Assembly (NCBI RefSeq): GCF_006345805.1 | Contig: NC_043015.1 | Location: 2,914,001 to 2,978,000 of the forward strand | Source: Octopus sinensis | Taxonomy: Eukaryota | DNA length: 64,000 bases | Direction: 5' to 3' | In this document: one piece after another, positions 1 to 13,240 of the stretch | Layout: the number at the start of each line of letters is the position of its first letter | Numbering within the stretch: the first letter of the stretch is position 1 | The notes under the pieces: generated by a model | The model's database searches: none | What the model was told of the DNA's origin: nothing | Seen by the model: only the letters and a program-made list of their open reading frames with translations | Program-made: the position numbers and the translations under genes

Positions 1-886
1 AAAATCTACGTCAGTAATACTTAATCGCCAACACTTAAATGGTAAATACTCGGGACGTTATGTTTTAAGACTTCTTTGATTTCACGTACTAATCAATTCA
101 TCTAATTTCTACACGAAGATATATTTAAAAGAAAATGTTATTGAACGCAGTTTGTTTTCCTTGGGGAACGTAAAATATATTCCATTTTAAACCCGTGTAC
201 TTCTGGGTATTCGGCCATTAATGAATTATTGTATAGTGGAAAGGAGAGGCGGAACATCTAGTATTATTAGAGTTCTACATTATAATCTGTTTTATCTTTT
301 TATATATATATTTCTAAATCATTTCACCAGGAAGCCTCTGCCGCAATCATCTATTGTTGTGTCAAGAAATAAGGAACATCCAACTGTTGCATTGTATAGC
401 CTGCACCGATATTCATTGTTAGTAAATGAACGCGAAAAGTGTTTTGTTACGAATTTTATAAATCTACAATGAACATATGGGCAGAAAGTAAACCCGATAT
501 AAAACGTACGTTCAAACCTTTCATTGGCATGCGTTGGTAGTCCCTACCGTTGTCTATTCAATCAATAAATATTTAACACATCTCTAATTTACAGAATGAT
601 TATTAACAAGGGATCAAAAAGAAAAATTGATAGCATTTCGTATTGTAGTGTTTTGAGTTCTATGAAAGTGAATGTTAACGGAAGCAACCTCTGATTATAT
701 ACTGGCATTTATTTTTTGTTTTGTAATTTTTTCTGGAATTCGAAAGTACGAAAGTGTTGCAAACTACAACAGGACTAGCTAAGTTTACACACACTTTATT
801 TAGCATTGTAATTTCAATTCTTTAATGCATATTCTCTGAGTCTCGCATTGCTTCTTTTACTATACTATAGTATCAAAGAATCGTTC

Positions 887-887
<1 letters not shown>

Positions 888-958
<71 letters not shown>

Positions 959-967
959 ATGTGTGTA
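888..967. repeat. (TA)n/(TG)n microsatellite, representative of many similar tracts (e.g. 10545-10880, 12830-13040, 15170-15300, 16715-16810, 17050-17220, 36420-36540, 37500-37700, 44915-45183, 52110-52290, 53275-53510, 61450-61630)
   Basis: Directly visible dinucleotide arrays. They generate most of the IYIY/CVCV/THTH ORFs in the ORF track. Confidence 0.98.
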
Positions 968-3826
968 TCAACATATTTGTGCACGTTTTCATATAAGTAA
1001 CTTGGTCAGGCATAGGCAACGAAAGTAGATATACGATTATCGTCAGGAACAATGTATGTTCCGAGGTTAGCAGGAACAGCTGTAAGCATGTGACTCTGCT
1101 TGTATTTTAGAGGCTTATGAACGACATTTTCGTGCATGCAAATGCACACTTCATGAAAACCCGAAATTATACATTCTCAAAATCATTTACTTCAATATTC
1201 AATGACAACTCTGTTAGGTTATCATGTACGATATTGCTGTAGTTTAGATTCGAAACTTATTCGATGTCAACTGTTTATTTTAGTGCATGTTACAGATAAA
1301 GTGTCAGAACGAAGTTTATATATCACTTTATCTTGGTTCTAGAGCGTTAATTTGAAGCCGTATGATCGGTAAGCGTATGAACATTTTTTGTGTGCATGTG
1401 TTTGCGTAAATTTTTATAGTTTCATATATATATATATATATATATATTCATATATACGATCGTATACAAACGTACGCATACACATACGTATAAGTGTGTG
1501 TAGTGGGTGTTTGTGTGCATTTACGTACGCATTGCGTACTTACAAACATGTGTACATACATGTATTGTTTTTTACCTATGATTCTTCTTTATTCTATAGT
1601 GATAAAACTCGGATTTGTATTTTGAAATTCATTTCGGAATTATTCGCGATAAAAGCCAAATAACTAATCAAAAATCACATCCAAAATTATCAGATGTCAG
1701 CCAATTATTAGAATATTAATGTAAAATAAAATTTCAGGGAGAAATGAAAATATAGAGATAACAAGTTTTAATGCAAGAAAATAATTTAAACTCGCCTTAC
1801 GTTAATAGAAGGATCGTCCGTTTAACATTCTGCAATTACATACATGTGCTATAGAATCAGAAGTATAAAAATTTTAATTATCCTCCTACTTGCATTATTA
1901 AAGAGAAATTTTAATGAAAGTATTTTGCGGGAAATACTTTGTCGAACGTGTTACATTCCATACGAGGATATTTTGATGGTCTATATCCTATATTATGATA
2001 ATAATCTAAGGATTTTTCTCGTTCACAACATATAAATGAGAAAAGAAGGGGTGATAGATGAATGAGGAATGAGGGGTGATGGAAGACTGGTAGTAGAATG
2101 GTGGAGATTCTACGGTGAAAAAAAAATCAGCGTTTCAACGATGTGTCAATATATTTAAGTGTATATAAAAGGGAGATATTTGAATGTGTGTGTGTGGGGG
2201 TGTATGTGTGTGTGTGTGTCTTTCTGTCTGTGTGCGTGTGTGCAATGGAAGTGGGAAGGTGAACATACAAACCTGAAAAGAAAAATCAAACGGATTTTCC
2301 ACTCTGTATATATGGTATTTATATGCCAGCTCCCGTATTTATTCACGGTCGGCTTTATGTGCCCTTAAGTAATACAAGAAGGAAGGAAAACTAAAATTCT
2401 TGTGAAGAAAACAAGCAGTCAAACGATGTTCGTCGCTGATAGATTTTTCATGAAATATTTGGTAATAAAAGAAATATCAAACTAAAACTTTTGCTTTGTA
2501 CCGTATTTATATATAAAATACTACATTTAGCCGTCATATTTGACAGCATGGGTTCAGCTAATATTAGTATCATAGCTCTATTTGCTGAGTATGTAAGCCA
2601 CTATGGAGATGCGGGAGGAATATATTTTATTTTAATTCTGAGTTGGTGTACTTATGTACGTAAATTGGATTTTAAACTTTACTAGTTTATAATTAGCTTT
2701 CTGATGTCAGAAAGACTATGGTCACTATGAAGAGATGGCGAAAATATTTTGTTTTCACTTACAAAGTGAGTTTCCAGACTTTACAACTTGGAACAATCAA
2801 ATTAAACCAGCTTAAACAATGATTAAATCATTTGAATTTCAATAAATAAACACATTTCATAATTAAAACAAGCGTGTCTGAAATTGAAAGAAATGATGAG
2901 CGGTTTAAATTATATGAACTTTAATTGAAATCAGGTGAACTCTTATTTAAAAAAAATTAATATTTATTTACAATATATATGATGCTCATATTGAAATAAT
3001 TAATGTCTAAATGATTATATTATATTTGGATATTATAATCTACACAAAATAGGACATTTGGAGATTGGTATATAAAATATTGAAAGTAATTTCACGTATC
3101 GTATTGCTTATTATTCCATAAATAAAGGAACACAGAAGAGAAAAATGAATGTTCTGATGTCATTTCGCTGTTACTCCATATAGATATATGCAGTCCTTTT
3201 GTCTATGTTATTCCACATAGTTATACAAAGAAAACTGTGTAATGCTGAATCTGTATTTCTAATTTGTGAATACGAGGAATCAGAGAAAGCAAACTATGAT
3301 GCAATATTTAATGGCCATATATTTTGTTTATCCTCAGAATGAGATAAAATCACCTTGTGCCTGCGTCTCACCAACAAAGTAATTTTGGACACGGTTGCAA
3401 GTTCTCAGACACAAATTTGATTGTGATAGTTGAAAATTGCATTATGAATGTAGCATCATTTGATCTGATTTCAACACACTGTTTTATCCCAACAGATGGA
3501 AATTGATTTTAGTAGATTGTAGTAAACCACACGCCATTGCCATTTTCATGACGATCCAACTGTCATTTATAAGCTTTACACTGTGTGATTTTAATACAAC
3601 AGCACCGTACAAAACTTCCTTCCCAACAAGGCCTGTATGAGTACGCAGATTTTCTCAGATAATAACATTTTCGAGAAAAGGATCTATTATTGGGCAACAG
3701 ATTCGTACAGACGATTTATAATGAACTTTTTTTATTGACTTGCCACCCCTGTTCCCTACTTTATTTTACCAACATATTTATTATCGAAAAATTAGGGTGT
3801 TCGGGCTAAATCACATACTTGTTGTT

Positions 3827-4237
3827 ACTCTTTACTCTTTACTCTTTTAATTGTTTCAGTCATTTGACTGCGGCCACGCTGGAATACCGCCTTTAGTCGA
3901 GCAAATCGACCCTAGGACTTATTCTTTGTTAGCCTAATACTTATTCTATCGGACCCTTTTGCCGAACCGCTAAGTGACGGGGACGTAAACACACCGGCAT
4001 CAGTTGTCAAGCAATGCTAGAGGGACAAACACAGACACACAAACACACACATACATATATATATACATATATACGACAGGCTTCTTTCAGTTTCCGTCTA
4101 CCAAATCCACTCACAAGGCATAGGGCCGGCCCGGGGCTATATCAGAAGACACTTGCCCAAGATGCCACGCAGTGGGACTGAACCCGGAACCATGCGGCTG
4201 GTTAGCAAGCTACTTACCACACAGCCACTCCTGCGCC
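3827..4237 (-). mobile_element. Full-length tRNA-derived SINE, family A (octopus-type, CORE-like box, internal (TA)/(TG) tract)
   Basis: Minus strand begins GGCGCAGGAGTGGCTGTGTGG (A box) ...GGTTCAGTCCC (B box) ...CTTGGGCAAGTGTCTT and ends in a (GTAAAAGA)n-like tail. Flanked by a 7-bp direct repeat TGTTGTT (3820-3826, 4238-4244). At least six other copies are in the window. Confidence 0.92.
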
Positions 4238-6433
4238 TGTTGTTTCCTTTTTTTCTGGACAACTTCATGCATTGGTGAACAACTAGTGGCGTTGGAGAAG
4301 ATGACGCGAAATGTTCCAGTTAAAAAAAAATTAAGCTGACATGGAAGAGAGGAAGTCAGCGGAATACTGGAAATGAGTTAGGTGTATCATAATGATTCGA
4401 GATTGGTCTAAAAATGCTGATATCATGACAGATGCTCCATGCCCTGTGAACACTGTAAAGTCTGTAAGACCTAACACGAACAAGTGTTAGGAAAGGAAGC
4501 CGTTGACAGTAGGAAGAGCCAAAGCAAGTGTTTAGGCACTCTCAATTATTCCGGAGAACGGAACCTTTCCCCGCATCTTTGAATAAGGCCTTCATTTCAA
4601 TTCAAAGCCGTTTTTATACTGTCGTTAATGCTTGCGCTTATTCCGTAATGTCAATGTTAACGATCTTTAAATTTTATTCATTTTATACCTTAGCCTCTTT
4701 TATAACATCAACATCAAATTGTAATTAAACCATTAATTGTCGTATGGGACGATCAAACTACAGTTTCATAAGTGTCAACGATTCATCTAATTCATTAAGA
4801 AAGAGTCACTGGCCCTAACGTAATTATGTAAATTAAACCGGTTATTTGGTTTGTTAATATACTTTAAATTTGATAAATACTCTTAGATATTTTCGTTGCA
4901 TGCTAGATCGGCAATCAAAAAATTTTTTCGCCAAAAAAGAAGGTAACAAATAAAAGACCTGTCTAACTTTCTTTCTAATTTTTTCTAATTATACTAGCTT
5001 TCTTTATATTACCTTCCGACGTGAACTTCTACTTCCGTAAATGTCCGTTTATCACATAAACGAACCTACTTCTCTTAGGCTTATTTATGTAATAAGTTTG
5101 TGCACGCAATAGATTAATATTAAATTCAATGTAGAGGAAAGCATGCTCCACATCTCTGGGCCGTCTTGACTCTATAGGGAAATTGATGGTGGCTACGTTG
5201 AGCAAACTGTTGTGTCCTGTTCGCCACAATCTAGTTGATAATTTGAGATGTTTCAAATATAATTTAACTTTTTGATATATAAGTGTATTTTCTTTACTTT
5301 TTGTACAACCTATCAATTTCCACCCGAATACCTTGTACAAGAATTCCTATATTGTAATTTCGACACTAAATTCCACACCTATCCAATTATTTAAGAATAC
5401 TTTTCATTCTCAAAATTTTCAGTGATATATAATTGTTGTATTTTTATATTTTAGTTTGAGACAACTCCTTTCAAAAAAAAAAAATCCCATATGGTTTCCA
5501 CTGAAATTCATATAACTTAAACAGTATTTCAGTTATTTAAATTTGTGAGAGAACTAGCTTATATTTGGATAGTCATATTCAAGATGTTTCGCAATGCAGA
5601 ATAAAAATCATCCTATTTACAGACATATCAACGTGTTCGTTGCCATAACCGTGCCATAACTAAATGCACAAACACAACTTCAAGAAGAGATTCATTTACA
5701 CATATACACATACATAAGAGAGTATTAATTACAAGCCATGAAACAGATCAACACATAATAATCTGCAGGAGTTGGTGCAACTATAGTTAGATTGTGTAAT
5801 AAGTTGGAGCATGGAAGAGTGTGCTATTTTTTCGAGCGTTATTATATATCGGAAAATGTACAAATCAATATTTGTTATCTTCTATGATGTAATTTTATTA
5901 GAACTGTTTGTAACATGCTCACATATTTATTCACCATTTTTGTCCCATAACCTCTTTATGCATTTACATTTGCAACGGGAATCACGAATATGGACTTTAG
6001 TGTCAGACACCTGCAGAAGACTGCAGAGATCAGAGACTCTATTCTACTAAGATTTTAGTGAATTAAAAAAAGCCTCGACAACTGAATAGAAAGAGAAAGT
6101 TTAGACAGTCGCCCTTCTCGCAAATGTTGAATCCTTTCTCTAATTAGACCCTATACAATATCACACCTGAATAGTAACGTTGCGTTTTCAGAATCTATTG
6201 CAGACAAGATGGCGGTAAATACACCAGTATGCTTTTGGCTGTTGGTTTTTATATACTTTGCACCATTGATTTTGCATGCATTTAAGAACTGAGATGAAGG
6301 CATTTCATACGCTGCGTTAGGGATGCTAACTATTTCATATGAATTATCTAAACTTTCGCACACACACTGTTGGAATCTTTGTCTGCGATGTATACTGTCT
6401 GCGTTTTTCTGCGTTGTATACTGTTGATTGTGA

Positions 6434-7174
6434 CTAGAGCTCGCCCTTCGAATCACGGTATTCGAAAATAATTGACACCTTTACACTGTTGTTTTTCCAA
6501 TAAAGACTGGGCTATAATTTGATAATATATTTACACCCACCTGCTGCAAGACAATCAAAATACCAAGTTTATAAATTTAAAAAAAGAATTATTTTCTATA
6601 TTTGGGGAAATTTGTCGATTCAGATGGATCCCGGGATTCCAATATCGGCTTCTCAACTGAAAGTGTTCAGTTGATATTAGACACTAAATTCATCATTGTG
6701 GTTCAAAGGGATTTGAATCTATTCAAACACAGTTTGTGCTAATGATATAAGTTTTATCCCAACAATATTCGTCAGGAAATTCCGATTTGTAGACGTAAAA
6801 CGCCACGGTCCAATGGACGGTGCTGAGTTGTCAAACATTGAAACCAAATTCTTTCAAAACAACATGCCCGACCGTCCCATAGGTCTCCCCTTTAAGAAAC
6901 GTCGATATAACCTAAATTTGAGACACCAGCAAAAGAAGAAATAAAGATAGACTTTTTCTATTCCAAGAAAAACGATTTTGCAAATGCACGTTCCCACGGA
7001 CTAACCGACCGCATTCTCACCTGGAATCGATTTTTGTAATTTTTTTCAGGACGTATACACGTCCTGATACCGTCGGTATCTACATATCAAATTTGAGTGA
7101 AACCAGATCGAGGATGCCCGAGATTCGAGAAGACACAGCCATACACAAAGACAAACCGGATTTTATATAATAGA
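6434..7174 (-). mobile_element. Non-autonomous Helitron-like element (~740 bp)
   Basis: Minus strand starts A|TCTATTATATAAAATCCGGTTTGTCTTTGTGT, a typical Helitron 5' end. It ends CTAG|T at 6434-6437, with a decayed subterminal hairpin at ~6443-6459. Inserted between A and T with no TSD. Confidence 0.65.
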
Positions 7175-8434
7175 TCTGTATATTGTGTTAAACACTTTAC
7201 ATACAAGCGAAATGAGAATTTTTGAGGTAATGTTTTGTAAAACCATGTACGATCAATTGTTCGTACCACCTTTCTTAAAAGAATCGCTTTCGAATGTTAT
7301 TTGTTGCGCATGTTCACAGCATAAGCACCCAAAGTTCTAATCTGAAATTACGAAGATAGAACTAACGGTGAATATTAATGCAACTATCAAGTCATATGTT
7401 GCAATAAAGAATGAGCTATAGCTGTCATAATTAGAGAAGGTGGCTTGCTATCAAATTTAAAGTAATTTATGCATTGAATATGAAATGCAATTCCCTATCA
7501 ATGCTGGCTTCTGAATTAATGTAACAGAGGGTTCATAGAGTTAGACATCTTCCCGGAAAATAATCATTGCTCTTGAAAAATCCGATGCTTTTCCTCAAAA
7601 TGTCGGTGTACGAGCTTGCAATCTATATGCTTCGTGCTACAGTGTCCCTGTGTAGCAATTCTCTGGATTTTAGCCAAAACCACATTTAATTGGGCTACGT
7701 TAATATACTATTTCGACACTTGCGCAACATGAGAACTGCTGCTGGCGTGAGACATAACAAATAATGTACTGCATCTACCAATGATAAGATAATAGATGTG
7801 CGTAATATAGAGATGCAATAAAGTAGAAATGCGATGCATTCTGCTAGATTGATATTTCTGCAATAAATTTTGTTTCTGGAAGTTATTACATTTGTCCATA
7901 TATTTGGTATCTGTCAGTGTATTTATCTATGAATCAATCATTAATTCAAACACAAAACAATAGATCTATTTATCGACTTGTCAAAAAATCAGTCTGTCTG
8001 TCTGCTTCTTTCTCTCTCTTTCTCTCTCTCTCTTTCTCTTTCTCTTTCTTCGGTATCTATTTATCTATCTTGTTGGATATCTGGCCAGCTCTTCGTTTAG
8101 TGTTCGTAAAAAAGGCCTACAGAACTCGGAAAATGCCTACTTAAACTGAAAGCAGTAAGCGACAATTGTTTTAAGACAATAATTTGTGTTCTCACATTTT
8201 TTCGAAAACTAAAATGTCCCTAGTATGCGACAATATAAATGACGAAGAAGTGTAAAAAAATAGGAGTGTTAAAAAAAACTTTTTATTCGCCATATTTTAG
8301 ATTTAAATGTATGGCAATAATCATCTGATGACATTCAGCTAATTATGGAACACGAGTAAAATATTATCAATAACAACATAGATTATATAAACACATAGAA
8401 CGCACACAGATAGAATAACAATCAAAACACGATA

Positions 8435-8472
<38 letters not shown>

Positions 8473-8585
8473 TAATAAATAATATATATGCATACATACA
8501 AACATATATTTACGTACCTACATCTACATGTATATATACATGCATATATACATATATATACACGTGAGTACATGGCACCACAACT

Positions 8586-8717
8586 AGACGTAGACGTCAA
8601 CGAGAAACGAAAAACGAAAACGGAAAAACCATATTTTTACAACAAAAAAACAGAGACGTAGAACTCAACGAGAAACGAAAACGGAAAAACCATTATTTTA
8701 CAACAGAAAAAACAAGT
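8586..8717 (+). repeat. Two-copy ~67-bp tandem repeat
   Basis: AGACGTAGA..TCAACGAGAAACGAAAA..CGGAAAAACCAT..TTTTACAACA occurs twice in tandem. Confidence 0.85.
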
Positions 8718-9627
8718 ACAGGACATACTACACAAGGAAAAATACCCTATCATCAGCTGTCACTAGTTCGGCCCCAGCGTGTTTTGAAGGCAAGACACGA
8801 CACGACTCGCTAACCTAGTCCTTCCTGCGAGACAACTAAAATAAAATTGCCTCGCAGAGGGGTAAAAACAAGCAAGAAAAATATGTATCACAAACAGGAC
8901 GTAAAAACGATACAAATAAAACTACAAAATAAAATACAAGATAAAAATACATGTACAGGAAAATACAATACGAGAAATAAAAAGAAAATACAATACGGGA
9001 AGTAAAAATTAAAATAAACAAGAAAACAAACAAGAATACAAACGAAAATGCCTTTTTTCTGGCTGAGACGAAGGAGATTCTAGCAGCGCATGAGAACACA
9101 AATGTGTGTCTTTATAGTTTGAAAGCCGCATGTAAAAGGAAGTAGTTTTGGCTAGCAGTGGCAAAGATGAGGAGAAGTGAAAGAGAGAGAGAGATGAGGA
9201 AGAGTGAGAGAGAGAGAGAGGGGGGAAGGTAAAGCAAAGAGAGAAAGAATATATATATATATATAAATATATATATGCACGCACATGTAATACGCAACAC
9301 ACAAGGCCGCACTCAGACACATGTTTATGCGGACGTATGTATGGATGTGTGTAGGTATAGCAAAATTATTTCGGGAAGGAATTGGGCTAGTTTCATCGCA
9401 TGTTTAGGAAATGCAAGTCATAATACAAATAAATAGTTTTTGCCGTTTAACTTTGTAGAAACAGTAGTGAAATCTTATGTTACAAAAAGGAAACGTGAGA
9501 TTGAATATTCGGTAGGAACAACTGAATATCATATTTGCACACGATTGCTATTCCGTGTTTGATGGTAGGCTGACTATTCCCGGTCTAACGTGACGTTCAA
9601 CATCATAAATAACTGAATCATCCAATG

Positions 9628-9638
9628 CACTACTACTA

Positions 9639-9709
<71 letters not shown>

Positions 9710-9960
9710 GATGTTGCTACTGCTGTTACTACTACTACTATTACCACCACCGCCACCACTGCCACATCCACCACCACCACAACCACCACCACCACCGCCG
9801 CCGCCACCACCACCACCACTACTATTACTACTTCTACTACTACTACTACTACTAATATTGCTACTACTACTACTAATACTACTACCACTACTACTAATAC
9901 TAATACTACTACTACTACTTCTACTACTACTATTACCACTAATGATGCTGCTGCTGCTAT
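9628..9960. repeat. Compound trinucleotide repeat (ACT)n/(ACC)n/(GCT)n
   Basis: Directly visible. The poly-V and poly-L/P ORFs are translations of it. Confidence 0.95.
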
Positions 9961-10575
9961 CGCTTCCGTCGGCATTGGTTCAGGAGAGAACACGAAAAGG
10001 AAAGATATTACTATCACCTTGAATAAAGACCTACAAGAAAAAAATTTTTACTGAAACATCATACATAATAAGTATAAATAAACAACACGAAAATCTGCGT
10101 GTAAAGAAGGCAGAAACAAAGCTGTTATATTAAGAATCTCCAATTCAGCAAACAAGTTAATAAAAGGGTTTACTGCTAAAGCGATTATGGGTCATAGTTA
10201 TTTGAATTCCTGATGCAATTTATGATAAAATTTGCATAGATATCGTGTTGTAATAACCATGTATCAACAGACTTATAAGGTTATATAGAATATAGATTTG
10301 CGTGTTGTATACTAGAGTTATTTTTTAGGTAATGAGAAATATGCTCTTCTTACGGTAGGACATCATATTGAACAATTCACTATGCTATAGGCTTTTATTT
10401 AAAGTAGGGTATAGCATTATCTCTCTCTAAATCTATATGTAAATACTTACGCCAATGCCTACTAATACCAAAACACCATGTTTGTACATACATGCATACA
10501 TACATATATATGTTGCGTGTGCAATTTCTAAATATCGCCCTGTGTATATATATATCTATATATATATATATATAT

Positions 10576-10633
<58 letters not shown>

Positions 10634-10649
10634 CTATATATATATATAT

Positions 10650-10683
<34 letters not shown>

Positions 10684-10754
10684 GTATATATATATATATA
10701 TAAATATCTCTATATCTCTATATATAATATATATATATATCTATATCTATCTGT

Positions 10755-10830
<76 letters not shown>

Positions 10831-10831
10831 G

Positions 10832-10865
<34 letters not shown>

Positions 10866-11802
10866 GTGTGTGTGTGTGTGTCTATAGGATTGTCCGTCCC
10901 TGTATTTTTGCGCAGAATCCCCCTTTAGAAATATACGTATTAAACGCAACATGCATTTTCTGAAGCCCAATCTGCATTGAGAACAAAAACACATTCTTTT
11001 AAAATCTGTGAAACGTAACAGAAGTCGGTGACAATAATGAAGAACCGAAGTGAAAATCCTAATTGTTATTACTTTTATGGCATTCAGAGTAAATTGAGTT
11101 CCATTGTCATATGTAGAACGAGGAAGGAAAGGAAAGAAATAGAATCATGTTTTTACGGTTTATTATAATTTGTGGCATGTGCTTACAGAGATAACGCCAT
11201 TTCTGCTGGATCCTAAGCTAATGCATATATGATAGGATTATTTATTGAATAAAGAACAACGTATTTGTACAAGAGAAAACCCATGGTAATCGGGACTCAT
11301 ACAACTAAAACCTGTTTCATACTGCTTACAATTTTCTAGGAAATATATCATTGATCTAATTTCTGATCGAATGACCTAACCATATATGATGTGCATGTTA
11401 ACTCATCTATTGGCAGCAATGTACAATAAGTCAAGAAAGTCAGAAAACAAAATGATACATTAGGAGAAAAATTATTGTAGAAGATATATTTTACCATAAT
11501 AAACACGATCATAATTCATATGGGAAGAAAAGGTTGAGGTAATTGGCTTCCTTCTAGTAAAATGTGCTATTGAAATATTGTTTGGAAATTAGTGTCGTTA
11601 TACCAAGTAAATGCTAAAGCATTACATATGAGCATATTCTGTGAGAGCGCGTATGTAGGTAGGGACATATTTCTTTCTATCTACACACATACGAACACAC
11701 AGACACATATCGATATACGTTTGCGAGTGTGTATCTGCTTGCGCGTGTCTGCGTATGAGTAAGTGAGTGTCTATAAATAATTGCTTCTATATAAACGTTA
11801 TA

Positions 11803-12027
11803 TTGGGTTGTCCGGAAAGTTCGTGCCGATTTTATAGTAGCTTACCTATCGACTCACCTTCCCAGGAATCTCAATTCCGGGAAGAGTTATTTTCAAGTTA
11901 AAAGGAAGAGGTAGACGCATTGTGCAACAAAATGGTTCATATTTTGTTGATTAAAAATGTAATGGCAAATATTCATTGACCTTTTCCTTTCCTTTAAAAA
12001 TCGGCACGAACATTCCGGAAACCCTAA
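11803..12027 (+). mobile_element. Mariner-derived MITE (internally deleted, 225 bp)
   Basis: TIRs TTGGGTTGTCCGGAAAGTTCGTGCCGATTT / AAATCGGCACGAACATTCCGGAAACCCTAA with TA on both sides (11801-02, 12028-29). Keeps only the end of the transposase (RRIVQQNGSYFVD*). Same family as 51502-52063. Confidence 0.9.
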
Positions 12028-12673
12028 TATATTTCGTTTTGGTATTTGGTTTGCAAGATTCTTTATGTGAGTCGAGTGTTGGACCATATTCCGTTGTGCC
12101 TGAAGAGAGTCATTCTCTTGTAGTACCTTATAATTTAATACACTCCCAGGTAAACTTCCCATTCATTTACTTACATATTTTTCTAAAATCTTCGTTGCGT
12201 CTTGCAAACATTTTGCAAAGCCTTTTTTTGTGCGCATGCGTATGGGTCAGTGTGTGTACGCATACACATGTATGTATGTATGCATGCATCTAAGTGTATG
12301 TATCCATGTATGTATGTGCGTGTGCATGTATATATTTATGTATATTGCATATTCATGTGTTTGTGTGGTCGTGTCTGTTTTTATGTGAGTCTGTGTTTGC
12401 ATGTGTGGTTGAGTGTGTTGACTTCCATCTCCTTGTGTGCGCATCTCTCAGTGTGTCTGTTAGTGTGAATGGGCTTTTGTAACGATGCATTGTGTCTTTA
12501 TGTATGGATGTGTATCTCTATATATGTGGGCGTGTCTCCATATGTGTTTTTGCGTGAAGTGAAGTGGGTGTGTATAAGGTCATGTGTTTCACTCTGCATT
12601 ATTCTACGTTTATCTGTTAATACCACCTGTATGTCTATCTGTTTACTTTCATATCCATTTGCACTAACATATA

Positions 12674-12831
12674 GGCGTAGGAGTGGCTGTGTGGTACGTA
12701 GCTGCTTACCAACAGTGTTCTGGGTCCAGTCCCGCTGCGTGGCACCTTGGGCAAGTGTCTTCTACGATAGCCTCGGGCCGATCAAAATTTGTGAGTGGAT
12801 TTGGTAGACGGAAACTGAAACAAGCACGTTG

Positions 12832-12930
<99 letters not shown>

Positions 12931-12959
12931 TTATATATATAATATATATATATATATAT

Positions 12960-12997
<38 letters not shown>

Positions 12998-13240
12998 CGT
13001 GAGTGAATGTTTGTGTGTGTGCGCGTGTGTGCGTGTTTGTGTGCCTGTTTTTGTCTCCCTAACATCGCTTGACAACCAATTCTGGTGTGTTTACGTCCTG
13101 GTTACTTAACGGTTCGGAAATGGTGACCGATAAAATAAGTATTAGGCTTACAAAGAATAAGTCCTGGGGTCGATTTACTCGACTAAAGGCGGTGGTCCTG
13201 CATGGCCGCAGTCAAATGACTAAAACAAATAAAAGAGTAA
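12674..13240 (+). mobile_element. SINE family A with expanded internal (TA)n(TG)n tract
   Basis: GGCGTAGGAGTGGCTGTGTGG head, CCTTGGGCAAGTGTCTT box and 3' end GGCCGCAGTCAAATGACTAAAACAAATAAAAGAG. Confidence 0.9.

Noticed and set aside
3300-3660. Possible hAT-like transposase remnant on the minus strand (KQCVEIRSNDATFIM)
   Set aside because: The similarity is too vague, there are several stops, and no TIR or TSD was found.
4170-4237. tRNA gene calls at SINE heads
   Set aside because: The heads have A/B boxes but run directly into SINE bodies and lack a complete cloverleaf.
9615-10053. Thr-rich mucin-like reading frame (TTTT...NDAAAAIASVGIGSG)
   Set aside because: An in-frame TGA lies just upstream, with no ATG or convincing acceptor. 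The ACT/ACC microsatellite explains it fully.
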